From the NCBI GenBank assembly GCA_021613535.1, contig CP075495.1:12958001-13022000 (forward strand): a stretch of 64,000 nucleotides of DNA, written 5' to 3'. The position numbers and the translations under genes are program-made. Every line of letters starts with the position of its first letter. The first letter of the stretch is position 1. Below are positions 1 to 12,056 of the stretch, piece after piece. The DNA is from Adineta vaga (taxonomy: Eukaryota; Animalia; Rotifera). The notes beneath the pieces were generated by a model. That model was not told the origin of the DNA, did no database searches, and worked only from the letters and a program-made list of their open reading frames with translations.

Positions 1-1651
1 TGCAGAAAATATTGATAATGAATCAATTTCATCTGAACTTGATCAAACAAGTGATGAAGAAACAGCTGAACTCGATGAAATTTTTAACCAGTCAAATTTA
101 TCTAATCATCATTTGACATCATCCGAAACTTTATTAGAATGTCTTATTTGTTACGAATTAAAACGTCTTCAAAAACGAACATGTTGTGATTTTCTTGCTT
201 GTTCCGCGTGTTTAAATTCCTATGTTGAACAACAAATCAAAGAAGGAATTATTCGTATTCAATGTCCAAATCAAGATTGTCATATTTACATGCATCGCGA
301 TGAAATACATAAGCGTTGTTTATCACCTGAATTACGACAGAAATTTACACGATTTCTAATTGATAATAATCGTGCAATAAATATTAAAACATGTCCAAGA
401 TGTTCGAACATTCATGAAATCGGTAAATGAAAAGATTGCAAAGAAAAATGAATTTGTTTGATGTAAGGAAAGTTTTATTTAGATCTTGAACTTTGTCGGT
501 CAATGCGACGAGCACCGACGAAAGTTCAATGTGTGGAATGTAATTTAATCTGGTGCTTTCAATGTCATTCACCGTGGCATGATGGTATACAATGTAAAGA
601 ATTTCGTCGCGGAGATCGAATGTTAAAAAAATGGGCACGAGAAGTTCATTATGGACAACACAATGCACAGCAATGTCCTTCTTGCAAAGTACAAATTTCT
701 TCACTATTATTCTTTTCTTGACTTTCATTGTTTTGTTATTATGATTGAAGGTATATATTCAACGAACGAAAGGATGTGATCATATTGTTTGTCTTCGTTG
801 TAAAACAGAATTCTGTTATAAATGTGGTGATCGTTTTCGAGATATAATCTTTATCGGTAGAACTTTCACTTTTTTCTTTCAAAACTTTGAGATTGATTTC
901 ATTCGATATTTTCCAGGTGATCATTACAGCGAATTGAGTGTTCTCGGTTGCAAATATCGTTTTTGTCCCGATGATCCATTGAAACGTCGATTAATTCGTG
1001 GCTCAATTTTAGGAGGAAAAATCTTAGCTGCACCAGTACTTCTTTGTTTAGCAGTTGTTGCTGGAGCAGTTTGTGCTGGAATTGGACTTCCAACTTATTG
1101 TTGTCTTGCACTTGTTCGACAAATAAAAGTAATGATTTTCTTTAGAAAATTGAGAGATGTTTTTCTAAAGATTTGTGATTTTTTAGGCACGACGACGAAG
1201 ACGACATCATGCAAAATTAAAAGAACCTGTTTTGATGAGCTGTAAGTCATCGAATAAGAAATTCTTATTTTTATATTTTGATATGAATTAAAGATAAGAC
1301 ATTGAATACTATGGTTCCACAACTAATTCCACGTGAGCCAGTTAATATTATGGGAATGAAAGCCGGATTTAATTCTATTCGATCAAATATTCAAGATAAT
1401 CTCCAAATAGAAATTGATCCAACTAGCGATGCTCCCATTGCTGTTTTTGATGGTAACAATATTGTTTTATTCTTTCTTTCTCTCAAAATTTTTATTTATT
1501 TAGAATGTGATATAAATACTAAACTAAATCAACCAGGTATGTTTTCACGTTAATCATCAGACATATTCAAACTATTTTATCATTTGAACCTTTAGATTCA
1601 ATAATTTCATCTTCATTTACTTTTACACGATTAGATTTGGGTACTTCTTAA
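1..1651 (+). CDS. RNF217: RBR-type E3 ubiquitin ligase, RNF217-like (RING1-IBR-RING2 plus C-terminal TM); 5' end lies outside the window; multi-exon
   Basis: RING1 CLIC...CSAC...CPNQDC; IBR CPRC...CVECNLIWCFQCHSPWHDGIQC; RING2 CPSCKVYIQRTKGCDHIVCLRCKTEFCYKC; DHYSELSVLGC motif followed by a hydrophobic TM. The spliced last exon reads DSIISSSFTFTRLDLGTS* (TAA 1649-1651). Confidence 0.88.
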
Positions 1652-2378
1652 GATTGACGACATCTTCACCTGATCGGTGAACTGTATAGGGGAAAGGATA
1701 GAAAATTTATCGGCTTATTCTCTTTAACAGATAGAATGACGGATAGAAAGCGGGCGCTTGTTTATAGACTAAATTAATACTAATTTGTAGCAAGATCAAA
1801 TAATTATATCCAAATAAGATTATTAATCATTTAATTACTGATGTTCTATAAATAGCACTCCCTTGAGGTAAGTGACATCATTCACAATGGCTTATTCTCC
1901 ACTTCCAGCTCTTGATGATTTATCTGTTCGTCAGTGGAACAACTTAACAGATGATTTAGAAAAAAATTATTGATTTTTGTTAACACGTTGGATTATTACA
2001 TACTTATCCAACTGAACCTTGTCCAAAGTTACATAATAATTGGTACTTAGGCTCGTGTTCAAAATCGATTGATTAATGTAAATGACGATGCCGAACATGT
2101 AAGTCATCTCGTTCTATACGTAAAGGTACTTTCTTTGAGTGTAGTCAACTAGAACTACAACAAATATTAGATCTAATGATGTATTGGTGTCAGGGCTTAG
2201 ATTCTCATAAGTTCATTGAAAGCATGTTTGCTAAAAACAAGCGCCCTCTTTCTATCCGTCATTCTATCTGTTAAAGAGAATAAGCCAATAAATTTTCGTT
2301 TCTTTCCTCTTATACAGTTCACCAATCAGGTGAAGGTGTCTTCAATCTGATTTCTGAATCTGAAGAAGTACCACCAAT
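1635..2378. mobile_element. Non-autonomous DNA transposon/foldback-like element with about 130-145 bp imperfect terminal inverted repeats
   Basis: 1635-1767 is the reverse complement of about 2232-2378 (e.g. ggcttattctctttaacagatagaatgacggatagaaag vs ctttctatccgtcattctatctgttaaagagaataagcc). TTAG flanks both sides (1631-1634, 2379-2382) as a possible TSD. No internal ORF. Confidence 0.75.
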
Positions 2379-2551
2379 TTAGTATTCTCCTAGTCATTTT
2401 TTTGTATTTGATTACATACAAATATTTCCTTTCTATTTTTATGAACAGTATGTTCAGCTTTTGCTGTTGTATTCGATCTGATTACATTTAGAAACACAAA
2501 TATATATTTTAAGAATAAAATAATTATTTCACGTGTTTTTTTTATATAAAG

Positions 2552-4493
2552 ATGATTTTTTTGAAATATTTCTCGAAAATAAAATATGCTCGTTATGCAT
2601 CAACATCATCCACTATATTTGCTTTAGCAACTGGTCAACAGATACGAAGTGGTGTAGCAATTATTCGTGTATCGGGTTCGACAGCAACACAATCATTGTT
2701 AACATTAACAAAAGAAATCAATTTAGAAAAATTTCAACCAAAAAAATTATATTTAAAAAAACTTTATCATTCGAAAACAAATGATCTCATTGATCAATGT
2801 ATGACTGTATGGTTCAAAGGTAAACGAATCGATTTATCGATAAAAATGAACGAGATTTTGTTTAGGACCAAAAAGTTTTACTGGAGAAGATACAGTTGAA
2901 TTGTAAATATGAGAAAATACTTTGATTTCATTCTCTTCTATTGTAATTTAGTCATATTCATGGATCAAAAGCTGTTGCAAGTGCAATGTTTTCAATACTT
3001 GCTTCATTACCAAATTATCGGTTAGCTGAACCAGGAGAATTTAGTAAAAGGTAATGATGATTTTCAATGTGATAGAATTAAATTCAATCAGATCGTTAAA
3101 GATATCTTTAGAGCTTATTTAAATGGTCGTTTGGATTTGACTGAAGCAGAAGGTTTAATTGATTTAATCAATGCTCAAACTGAACAACAACGTAAACAAT
3201 CGTTATATCAAATGCAAGGCTCTTTGAAAGATCTTTATGAACGTTGGAGAATTGATTTAGTTAAAGTATGAAGAATACGAAATAATTAATGAAAAGATTT
3301 TTCTCTTTTTCTTCTCTCAAGTCTTTAGCACATGCAGAAGCTTATATTGATTTTCATGAAGATCAACATATAGAAGCTGATATTTTGAAAGAAGGTATGA
3401 AAAAATGATTTCAATTCGTAATTGTTTTTGTTTTCTGTTTTCAGTTATTAACAAAGTTAAAAGTACTTATGAGAATATTTCTCGACATTTACAAGATCAT
3501 CGTCGTGGAGAAATTTTACGAGATGGTTGTCGAATTGCAATACTTGGTGCACCAAATGCCGGAAAAGTAAAATAAAAGTTTCTTTAATTTAAAAAATCAA
3601 TATTGGTTCAAATGAGTTTTAGAGTTCATTGCTGAATATTTTGAGTAAGAAATGCTTTTTCACTTCATTTCTTACGCTTTAAATAACTTTAGCCCAGAAA
3701 CCAACAGCTATTGTTTCACCTATCGCAGGCACTACTCGAGATATTATTGAATCAACGATTGACATGGGTGGATATCCCGTAATTATTTCTGATACAGCAG
3801 GATTACGATTGACCAATGATCCAATTGAACACGAAGGAGTATCGAGAGCGTTTGATCGGTTTGTTTTATTTTCGAAGAAAATAAATATTCTTTTTCAAAA
3901 GTAAACTTTCTTCTTTTCTCTAGCGCAAATATATGTGATCTTCTGATTGTTGTAATTGATGTGAATATGTTATCATTAAATGAAGATTTGAATGAACAAA
4001 TTAATCAACATACATCGAATTTATTTACTATGAAATCATCATCATTGAATTCTTCGACTAAATTAATTCTATTGAATAAAATTGATTTAGTTAATGAGAA
4101 GATACCGATGAAATTCAATGATAATATTATACCGATTTCATGTACTTCAGGTAGAAATATTCAAGAATTTCTTGAAAAATTAACCGAATATATTGCTGAA
4201 AAGTACAATCATTCTTCTTTCTACTTTCAATCAAACAATTTTTTAAAATCTTTTCAGATGTTCTGAACCAACTTTTACAACACCATCTTTAACTAGTGAA
4301 CGTCATCGAATCTATTTAACTCAAACAGTTGAAGATCTCAATATTCTTAACGTTCATCAATAACAACACTGATCTTGTTCTAGCTGTCGAATATCTTCGT
4401 CTTGCTATTCGATCACTTGGTACAATAACCGGTATTGTATATACCGAAGAATTACTTGATGTTATATTTCGTGATTTTTGCATTGGAAAATAA
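2552..4493 (+). CDS. GTPBP3: Mitochondrial tRNA modification GTPase GTPBP3/MnmE (TrmE); multi-exon; apparent frameshift at about 4340
   Basis: TIFALATG...[42 protein letters not shown]1 GAPNAGKSS, AGTTRD, DTAGLR, NKIDL, C-terminal IFRDFCIGK*. Confidence 0.93.
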
Positions 4494-4575
4494 AAATCAA
4501 TTGTGTTTTTGTTTTGTTTGTAAATTTCTTCTCAACTACTTTTCTTTTGTTTCATTTAAGAAAATCAAAATAATC

Positions 4576-5463
4576 ATGTCGTCGATGATATCTCATCTAT
4601 TATCCATGAGAACATCGACTTATTTAGCAAGAAATATTCTTCGATGCACACAGAATCGTTTATTATCAACAGCTGTACCATCATCGAATAAAACACCGAA
4701 TACAAATGATCATATTCTACCTGAACAATTACCTTTATCTGAAAAGAAAAAAAAGGCAAGATTTAATATTTCATGGAAAAGTAAATAAATATAGTTTAAA
4801 ACAATGAAAGATATTCAAGTCGTTTCTTTTTTCTTGTTAGCTGTATCTGTAACAGTTTTTGGTGCTGCATCTCTAATGGCTTTCATTTATTATCTTGATC
4901 AACGTAAAGTACAAAAACGTAAAGTTCTTCAACGTGCTGCTGTAGGGAAAATGGCAATCGGTGGACCATTTTCATTAATAACGCATGAAAAAAAACCGAT
5001 AACTGACAAAGATTTTCATGGCCAATGGTTATTGATTTATTTTGGTTTTACACATTGTCCTGATATATGTCCAGAAGAATTAGAGAAATTAGCTGAAGTA
5101 ACCGAACTACTTCATCGACAGAAGAATAACCAAAAACATCCATTCCAACCTGTATTTGTTTCTGTTGATCCTGAACGTGATACACCAGAATTAGTTTCTA
5201 AATATATCAAAGATTATTCGCCACATTTCATTGGTTTAACAGGAACACGTGATCAAGTTGCTGAAATGTGTAAACATTATCGCGTTTATTTTAGTCAAGG
5301 ACCTAAAGTTGGAGATGATTATATTGTTGATCATGCGATTATAATGTATTTGATCAATCCAGATGGAGAATTTGTCGACTATTATGGTCGAAATAAGAAT
5401 GCAAAAGAAGTTGCTTATGCAATTGAACAACATATGAATGCTTTTAAAGAATCGAATAAATAG
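4576..5463 (+). CDS. SCO1: SCO1/SenC cytochrome c oxidase copper chaperone; 2 exons (intron about 4781-4840)
   Basis: Mitochondrial-type N-terminus, single TM, IGGPFSL, YFGFTHCPDICPEEL (CxxxC), SVDPERD, YIVDH. Confidence 0.95.
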
Positions 5464-5570
5464 TTTGTTTTAAAAACTAGACAGACAAAAAATAAACTTT
5501 AGTTTCATTGTTTAGTATTATTAAACTATTTTAGATATAAAAGAAAAGAAAAGAAAAGAAAACATATATA

Positions 5571-7501
5571 ATGGCATCAATGTTAAAGAAAGGAAAAATA
5601 AGTTTTGGATATAAACGAACAAATCGGCAACGAAATGCTTTAAATCCACCATCGAAAGAATTTACTAATTATGAAAATGAACAGTATATTGATTTTAGTC
5701 AATTGAATAGGAAACGACCACGAGAGTAGGTTGAAAAACATAGAGTTATGGAATTTCAATTTATTCTTTTAAATAATTAGATCACACAGTCCAAAAATGA
5801 ACAAATCAAAGAAATTAAAACAAGATTTCAATCATGTTGGTTCTACTTCAGCAAATTTTGAAATAGTAATTAAAGCAAGGAAAGTATTTGATAATCAAAT
5901 TTCTGTTTAGTTGACCAATGAACTTTTAAATCATTATGATAAAGCCAAACAACTTGAATCAACTTATGCATTGAAATGGAAACTTTGTCAAGATCTTTTT
6001 TCCATGTTTATAGGAATTGTTCCAAGTAAAATCCGAAGAAAATTAATTTTATATTGACATATTCTTCTCTTTCTTTGTTTAGATTTAGGTGTTTATCTCG
6101 TAGGATCAAGTGCAAATGGATTTGCTACAGAAGATACAGATGCTGATATATGTATTGTTATTTCATCTTATCCAGTGAAGAAATGAAACACAAATATCGA
6201 TCGATACATTATTCCTTCCTTTTTTTTCTCTCCTTTAAGATTGATCAAAAACGTGAAGCAGTCAAATTTCTTGAAATAGTTCGACGTGCATTACGAAAAA
6301 AGATTTGTTTGTATTTTCCTTCTTCTATAATTTCGATTGAATTTTATTTCTTATTTAGTTGCTGGTTCCTGTGATTTGATACGTGCTCGTGTACCAATTC
6401 TTCGATTTACTGATTATGCCACGTAAAATTTTAAGATTTCGATATGGTATTATAAAAATTGATTTGTTTATTTAGTCGATTAAGATGTGATGTAAATATT
6501 AATAATTCAACTGGAATTCGAAATACAGATTTATTACGATTTTATGCTGAAACAGACGAACGAGTAGCTCCACTTGGTTAGTATTGAACTATTCTTATAG
6601 TCGATAAGCTTTTCAAATAAATCATGAAGAGAAATTTATCGATTGATATTTCTGCAATTAAACCGATTCTTTCTTTTCTAGTCTTAACAATAAAAACATG
6701 GGCAAAATATCATAATGTACGACAAACAAAAACTATTTGTAAAATCTGAATTACAGAAATAGCGCTTTTTTCTCTTTCATAATAGATTAATGATGCCAGT
6801 CAAAAGACGTTATCAAGTTATTCTTTAACATTAATGTGTCTTTTCTTTTTGCAAAGTAATTCATAATCAAATTTGTTTATCTTCAAATTATTTCAAATCT
6901 TTTCTAGGTGTTGTCAAACCAGCAGTTGTACCAGTTTGGCAAGCATTATTACCGGTATATTAGATCTAGTTTGAAAGATAGTAATCTATTGATAACATGC
7001 TTCATTACAGGATCGTTTTGATGTTAATATTCCTGTTTCACAATTGAAACGTAATGATGAACCAAAATTAATTTGGAAATCAGAAAATCATCAAACAATT
7101 GCCGAACTATTTATAGGTTTTTTAAAATTCTTTTCAAAAGATTTTCGGTAAGAAAGATCATTTAAATGAGAAAAACTTATATCAATATAATTCAGATATG
7201 AAAAACATGCAATTAGTGTACGTACGGGTTGTCTCATGGACAAAGAAGATTTTCTTGATAATGATTCAACAAATTATGGAGATGTTCTATTGGCTATTGA
7301 AGGTAAATTTGATAAGTTTGACAGAATATCTTGTGAGTGATTCGTTTGTTTATTTCAGAACCATTTGATTTTACTAATACAGCTCGATCAGTGTATGATG
7401 ACAATGAATTTGAACGTATCGTTCGTGTATTTCGTCGAAGTTTTTTTACGATTGACAAAACCAAATCTTTTTCTTCTATTCTCATTGAACAATTTGATTA
7501 A
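5571..7501 (+). CDS. GLD-2/TENT2-like non-canonical poly(A) polymerase (nucleotidyltransferase plus PAP-associated domain); many short exons
   Basis: VGSSANGFATEDTDADIC (GSS...DxD), RARVPILRF, CDVNINNSTGIRNT, INDASQKTLSSYSL, IEEPFDFTNTARSV; stop TAA 7499-7501. Confidence 0.85.
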
Positions 7502-7693
7502 TCTATGCATATGTTTGTTTGTTTTTTGTTTCTTTTTGTTATACTTTTTGTCGCTCAGGACTTTTGTTTCTATAAACTTCGTTCGAAATATTTTGTTGTT
7601 ATTACTATGATTGTTATTAGGATAAATCCATGTGTATTCTACCAATTATTGTAAAAAAGTATTTTTTTATTGAATTTCTTGTGTTGATTAGAC

Positions 7694-7957
7694 GTAAGGT
7701 AGATGACAAATAAGTTTGATCAAAAATAATTCGCAACTTCTACCTAAGATACAGCAGATTGAGGTCGTTGTTAAGGAACATTTAAAAAAAAAGAAGAAGA
7801 TTATTTTTATTTTTACAACTCATTTTTTGAAAAAAAGAGAGAAGGTCATAAGACTTCTTCTGTCGATGTTACTATACACAACGATCTGTATCTCCTCCTG
7901 TATTTCAAGTAGGAGTCGCAAATTGTCCTCGGCTAAAACTATCTGCCGTCTATGTAC
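7694..7957. mobile_element. MITE-like element, copy 1
   Basis: Imperfect terminal inverted repeats (gtaaggtagatgacaaataagtttg ... aaaactatctgccgtctatgtac). The interior aligns by eye in reverse complement to 11535-11766. Confidence 0.6.
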
Positions 7958-8984
7958 TGTCTAATCACCACAAGAAATTCAATAAATAACACTTCTTATC
8001 AAATGTACTAAAATACACGTGGATTCAGTCACAAGCATGTAACTTGCTTTAATTCTCTTTTGGTATATTATAGTTAATCACAGATTTAAATTTCAACTTG
8101 AACCAAATGAAAGTTTTCTTAACGTATGCAATTGAATAAATGTCGATATTTAGGAACAAATTTCTTCTATAACTAATATTACAGTTCATCGAATAATACG
8201 TATGCAAGCATCATGATACGTTTCTTTTTTGTCTTTTTCACTTGATTATAATAAGAATTTGATGAAAGCAATAAATATTTCCATTTTGCATAGCAAAATA
8301 TGCGGAAATCGGTTAACTATTCCTGACAAGAATTCTACCAACTTTATCAATGATTTGTTGTTCTTTTCCAATGAAGTTATCCTTATTTTGCGCTGTTAGC
8401 TATAACATTGAATTCATACTTTCCTCAGTAATAATAATGGTTCATGGAAAATTATGAAGTTTAATGATAATAAAAATATACAGTAAAAACAAGCAACTCG
8501 AAGGTGAACAACAATTTGAACAGAAAGAAAAACAACGATGAATCCACGAATGACTAAACAAAGCAACAACAAGATATAAACTAAAAATAGTAGTGTTTTT
8601 GTGAGTCTCTTGTATTAGGGAACGAAAATAAATCTCTAGCTACCGAATATATCGTAAGCTGAACAACTATATGAACATATGATCTGATGTGAAATCAAGA
8701 CTCACGTCAAAAATCCTACCGGAGATGGCTGGAGTGGATGAGGAGATGAAGAAAATGAATGTGGATGAGATGAGGAAAGATGATAGTGATGTTTTATTGG
8801 ATGAAATCGAATAAAACACTGAAAATAAACGATAACAAAAGACTGACTAGAGAAAAAGAAACACAATAATATAAATACAGATCAGAGATGATTTGAGAAA
8901 AAAAATAGAAAAGAGAAGAAAACAAAGAAGAAACACAATCACAGAAATCATCATGAGAACGGACATGATAATCAACGAAAACTA

Positions 8985-9112
8985 AAAGGCGCGGGAAAAT
9001 CACTGGATCGTGCAGGAAACAACTGGAAAAATTAACGTCTGGGATACTGCTTCTATGAAATCACAGGAATTTTACGGAACCAGCCGTTTCCGGGCGTACA
9101 ACTCGACCTGGA
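8985..9112. repeat. GC-richer interspersed repeat remnant
   Basis: Local GC/CCGG-rich patch in an AT-rich intergenic region. Shares a short motif in reverse orientation with 10600-10765 (gtgatttcatagaagcagtat vs atgattcctggagcagtat). Confidence 0.35.
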
Positions 9113-10599
9113 TTGAAGACGAAGATGTAAAAAGACCATATTCATTTCTCAGTACATCCAGGATTTTTGTATTTTGAGTGACGAAACTAAAATATACAGA
9201 TAAGAATATGTTTTTCGTTTCATTTGTTAAGAAAGCTTCAGTTTTTTATACATACAGAATATTTTGTCAATTATAGTCGATTTTGCGTATGTTGTGCTGC
9301 ATTCGACTGTACTAAATCAGAACTTTCCGGACGAATCTATGAAATGAGTTTAGTCGGTGAGTAGTAAGTATATAGAATCTATAATTGTTTGACGCTGATG
9401 CCATGTTTATTTGTCAATGATCTCAATCGAAAAATATCATGTATTAATTTATGAAAGTCATTTTATCATAAAGTGTGTGAAAAATACAAGAAGATATTTT
9501 TTTCAACAGAATATAGTCACGATCTGTTAATTTAAACTAAAAAATATTTCTCAAGAGTTTAAACTCATTTTTCATCTTCTTCATTCCTGGCATTTCAGAT
9601 AGGAGTATTATTCTAATTGCCAACAAATGAATTTGTTTGCTAAATTTGCCTTATCATTTACTACAAATTTCCATATAATATTATGCATAATTCTGAGTCT
9701 GTTCTGTTTCTTGTCTATTCTTCGTGAACTACTTTTTCTACAAGTCCTTGCAGTAAACATTTGACAGCACAGTCAAACATAAATATAAGAATTTCTAGTG
9801 TAAGAAACGGTAGAAAGGTTACTAAACGATTTGATAACTATTCGCATACAGTAAAATGTGATAGAATAAACGGAGATAGCACTTATAATGAGGAGAAACA
9901 CAGATACAGACATCAGAGATTAACTAATTAGATTAAACTAATACTATCCGCTGTTGTTATAAGATTGAACATTTCTATGAAATAATATTATGTAAATATA
10001 GAAGAGTCACACAATCTTGGTTCAACCTAATGTACGATTACTTGAGTAACTAGCTAGAATATCTGCTTTCTATTTCACTTCTTCTTTCTGAAAAGTCTCC
10101 TTGATTTTAAGGAGTTGACTACAGCAGAAGTTTATACTCGCTTAAAAACGCGCATATTTGTGAAAAAAAAGAGATACGAAAAGAAATCAAAACACCGTCT
10201 TGTGCAAAAAGCTGAACTTTTTCTTCAAGCGATTGACAATATCTTACCAGAGATGAATCGAAGATAATACCATACGTCTTAGTCAGGTTCTAAAACAAAC
10301 AAATAAATAAATAAATATAATCAATTCTTATAAAAGTCATTTGTCGAAGCTCGAAGTATTCAAATTTTAGTTAACAGGGAATAAAACTAGCATATTGTCT
10401 ATTATCCGTAGTATAAAGCTGAAAAACATTGACTGCGGCGTTATCAAATATGAAATATATTCTTTGAAAATCATGTAAAGTTTATATGCAAAGTTAGCTT
10501 ATGTAATTATAATAAAGATACTCGCTTTTGGTCATTTGATATGGTTTGAAAAAGTTTTAAATACGATAGAAAAAAAGTAGTCTTATATTATACCTAATG

Positions 10600-10765
10600 C
10601 GTTGTGACTCAGGACGATGATTCCTGGAGCAGTATTGCGTGATTTTTCGACTGAAACCTTCAGGAAATGCACCGGCTTGGGTCGGAACTCGAAAGAATCC
10701 GATGATCGTATCTGACTGCCGGTTTTTCCAGGTTTCTGTCGAGTAGATGTCCAATTCGGGTTCGA
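10600..10765. repeat. GC-richer interspersed repeat remnant
   Basis: Compositional outlier with no splice-consistent coding potential; weak similarity to 8985-9112. Confidence 0.35.
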
Positions 10766-11534
10766 ATATAAATGGAGATTTCAAAAACAATCTTAATATA
10801 AAATTAATTCTTGAGGAAGACGTAGTTTTAATTGTACGTACGTCTGATTCATATTCGGACATAGATATATCTGTATGTGTAAGTTAGAATTAAAAAGGCC
10901 AAAATAAATTTATTCCTAGTAGTTCCTATTTTCACAAAAGGACACAGAAATGTGCTATAAATGTATCAAATTAAAACTACATCTACTCCTACATTATCTT
11001 CAAGTTATAGTTGTCTTTTTACAATTGTTTTTCGAAGTTATAACAAACAGCTGAATCTTCATTTATATTCTAACTCACATTAGGCAGCTAGTGGATCATG
11101 CAGAATTCGCCTTCGTTTCTTGTACTAGCACATCGAATGAGTTACAGTCTATAATCAAAGAGTTGCCATGCAAGAATAAATCAAGTTTATTCTTACTGAA
11201 AAAGAATGCGTACGAAAAACATGACACAAGTTAAATGAGATGTTATAGTATAGTACACGTAAAACCATAAAACAAATACTTCGTTATCCAACTATATGTG
11301 ATTTGATCAAGTATATTAATATTTTAAAATAATTAGATGATCTTTATAAGTTTAAATATACTTATGTAATGGTTTGTAGATTATTTGTAATATAAATAAA
11401 ATTTGTTTTTAGTTCTAATAGTTTCCTTTATCATCCGTGCTCTGAAAACATCAGAAATAAGTTCGTTTTCAGTTATATGAGTATTATGGCTTGTATGAAA
11501 GAATGAATGCCGACTATTGTCTATGAGTAAATCC

Positions 11535-11766
11535 GTGAGGATGGTAGCAAGTAGGTCTGACAGAAAACAATTTGCGATTTCTACTTGAAATACAAGAGAT
11601 TCAGATCGCTGTTTAGAAATATCGACAGAAATAGTCTATTAAACTTCTATCTATATTCAAAACATGTGTTTTAAACATAGGAATAAGCCTCTTCCTCTTT
11701 AGGTATTCTTAAATAACGATCTGAATCTTCTATGTTTCAGGCAAACCTATCTGCCGCTTACCTTAC
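11535..11766. mobile_element. MITE-like element, copy 2 (inverted relative to copy 1)
   Basis: acaatttgcgatttctacttgaaatacaagagattcagatcg is the approximate reverse complement of cgatctgtatctc...ctgtatttcaagtaggagtcgcaaattgt (about 7883-7926). The end caaacctatctgccgcttaccttac is TIR-like. Confidence 0.6.
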
Positions 11767-12056
11767 ATATAAAATATCCAAGGATTCATCATTATTGTTT
11801 TTCTAAAATGATGTTTATTAAACTACAAAACAGATCATTGACATAGAAAGAAAATTAAAAGACAATGAGAATAAAGTAAAAAATTTTGTTCAAAGAAATA
11901 TGCTTTCAATTGATGATTTCCATCACAGAGTAACACTGTAAAACGAGCAGGAAATAGACAAAACCTCTTGTAGGTTTATGTGTACGTTGCACAAGACGAA
12001 GAAAATACAACATGAACAATTGCTTATTTACTAATACGAAGAGAAGAAAAGAAATT

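Noticed and set aside
10557-10862. 101-aa ORF as a gene or transposase
   Set aside because: It overlaps a repeat remnant and has no recognisable motifs.
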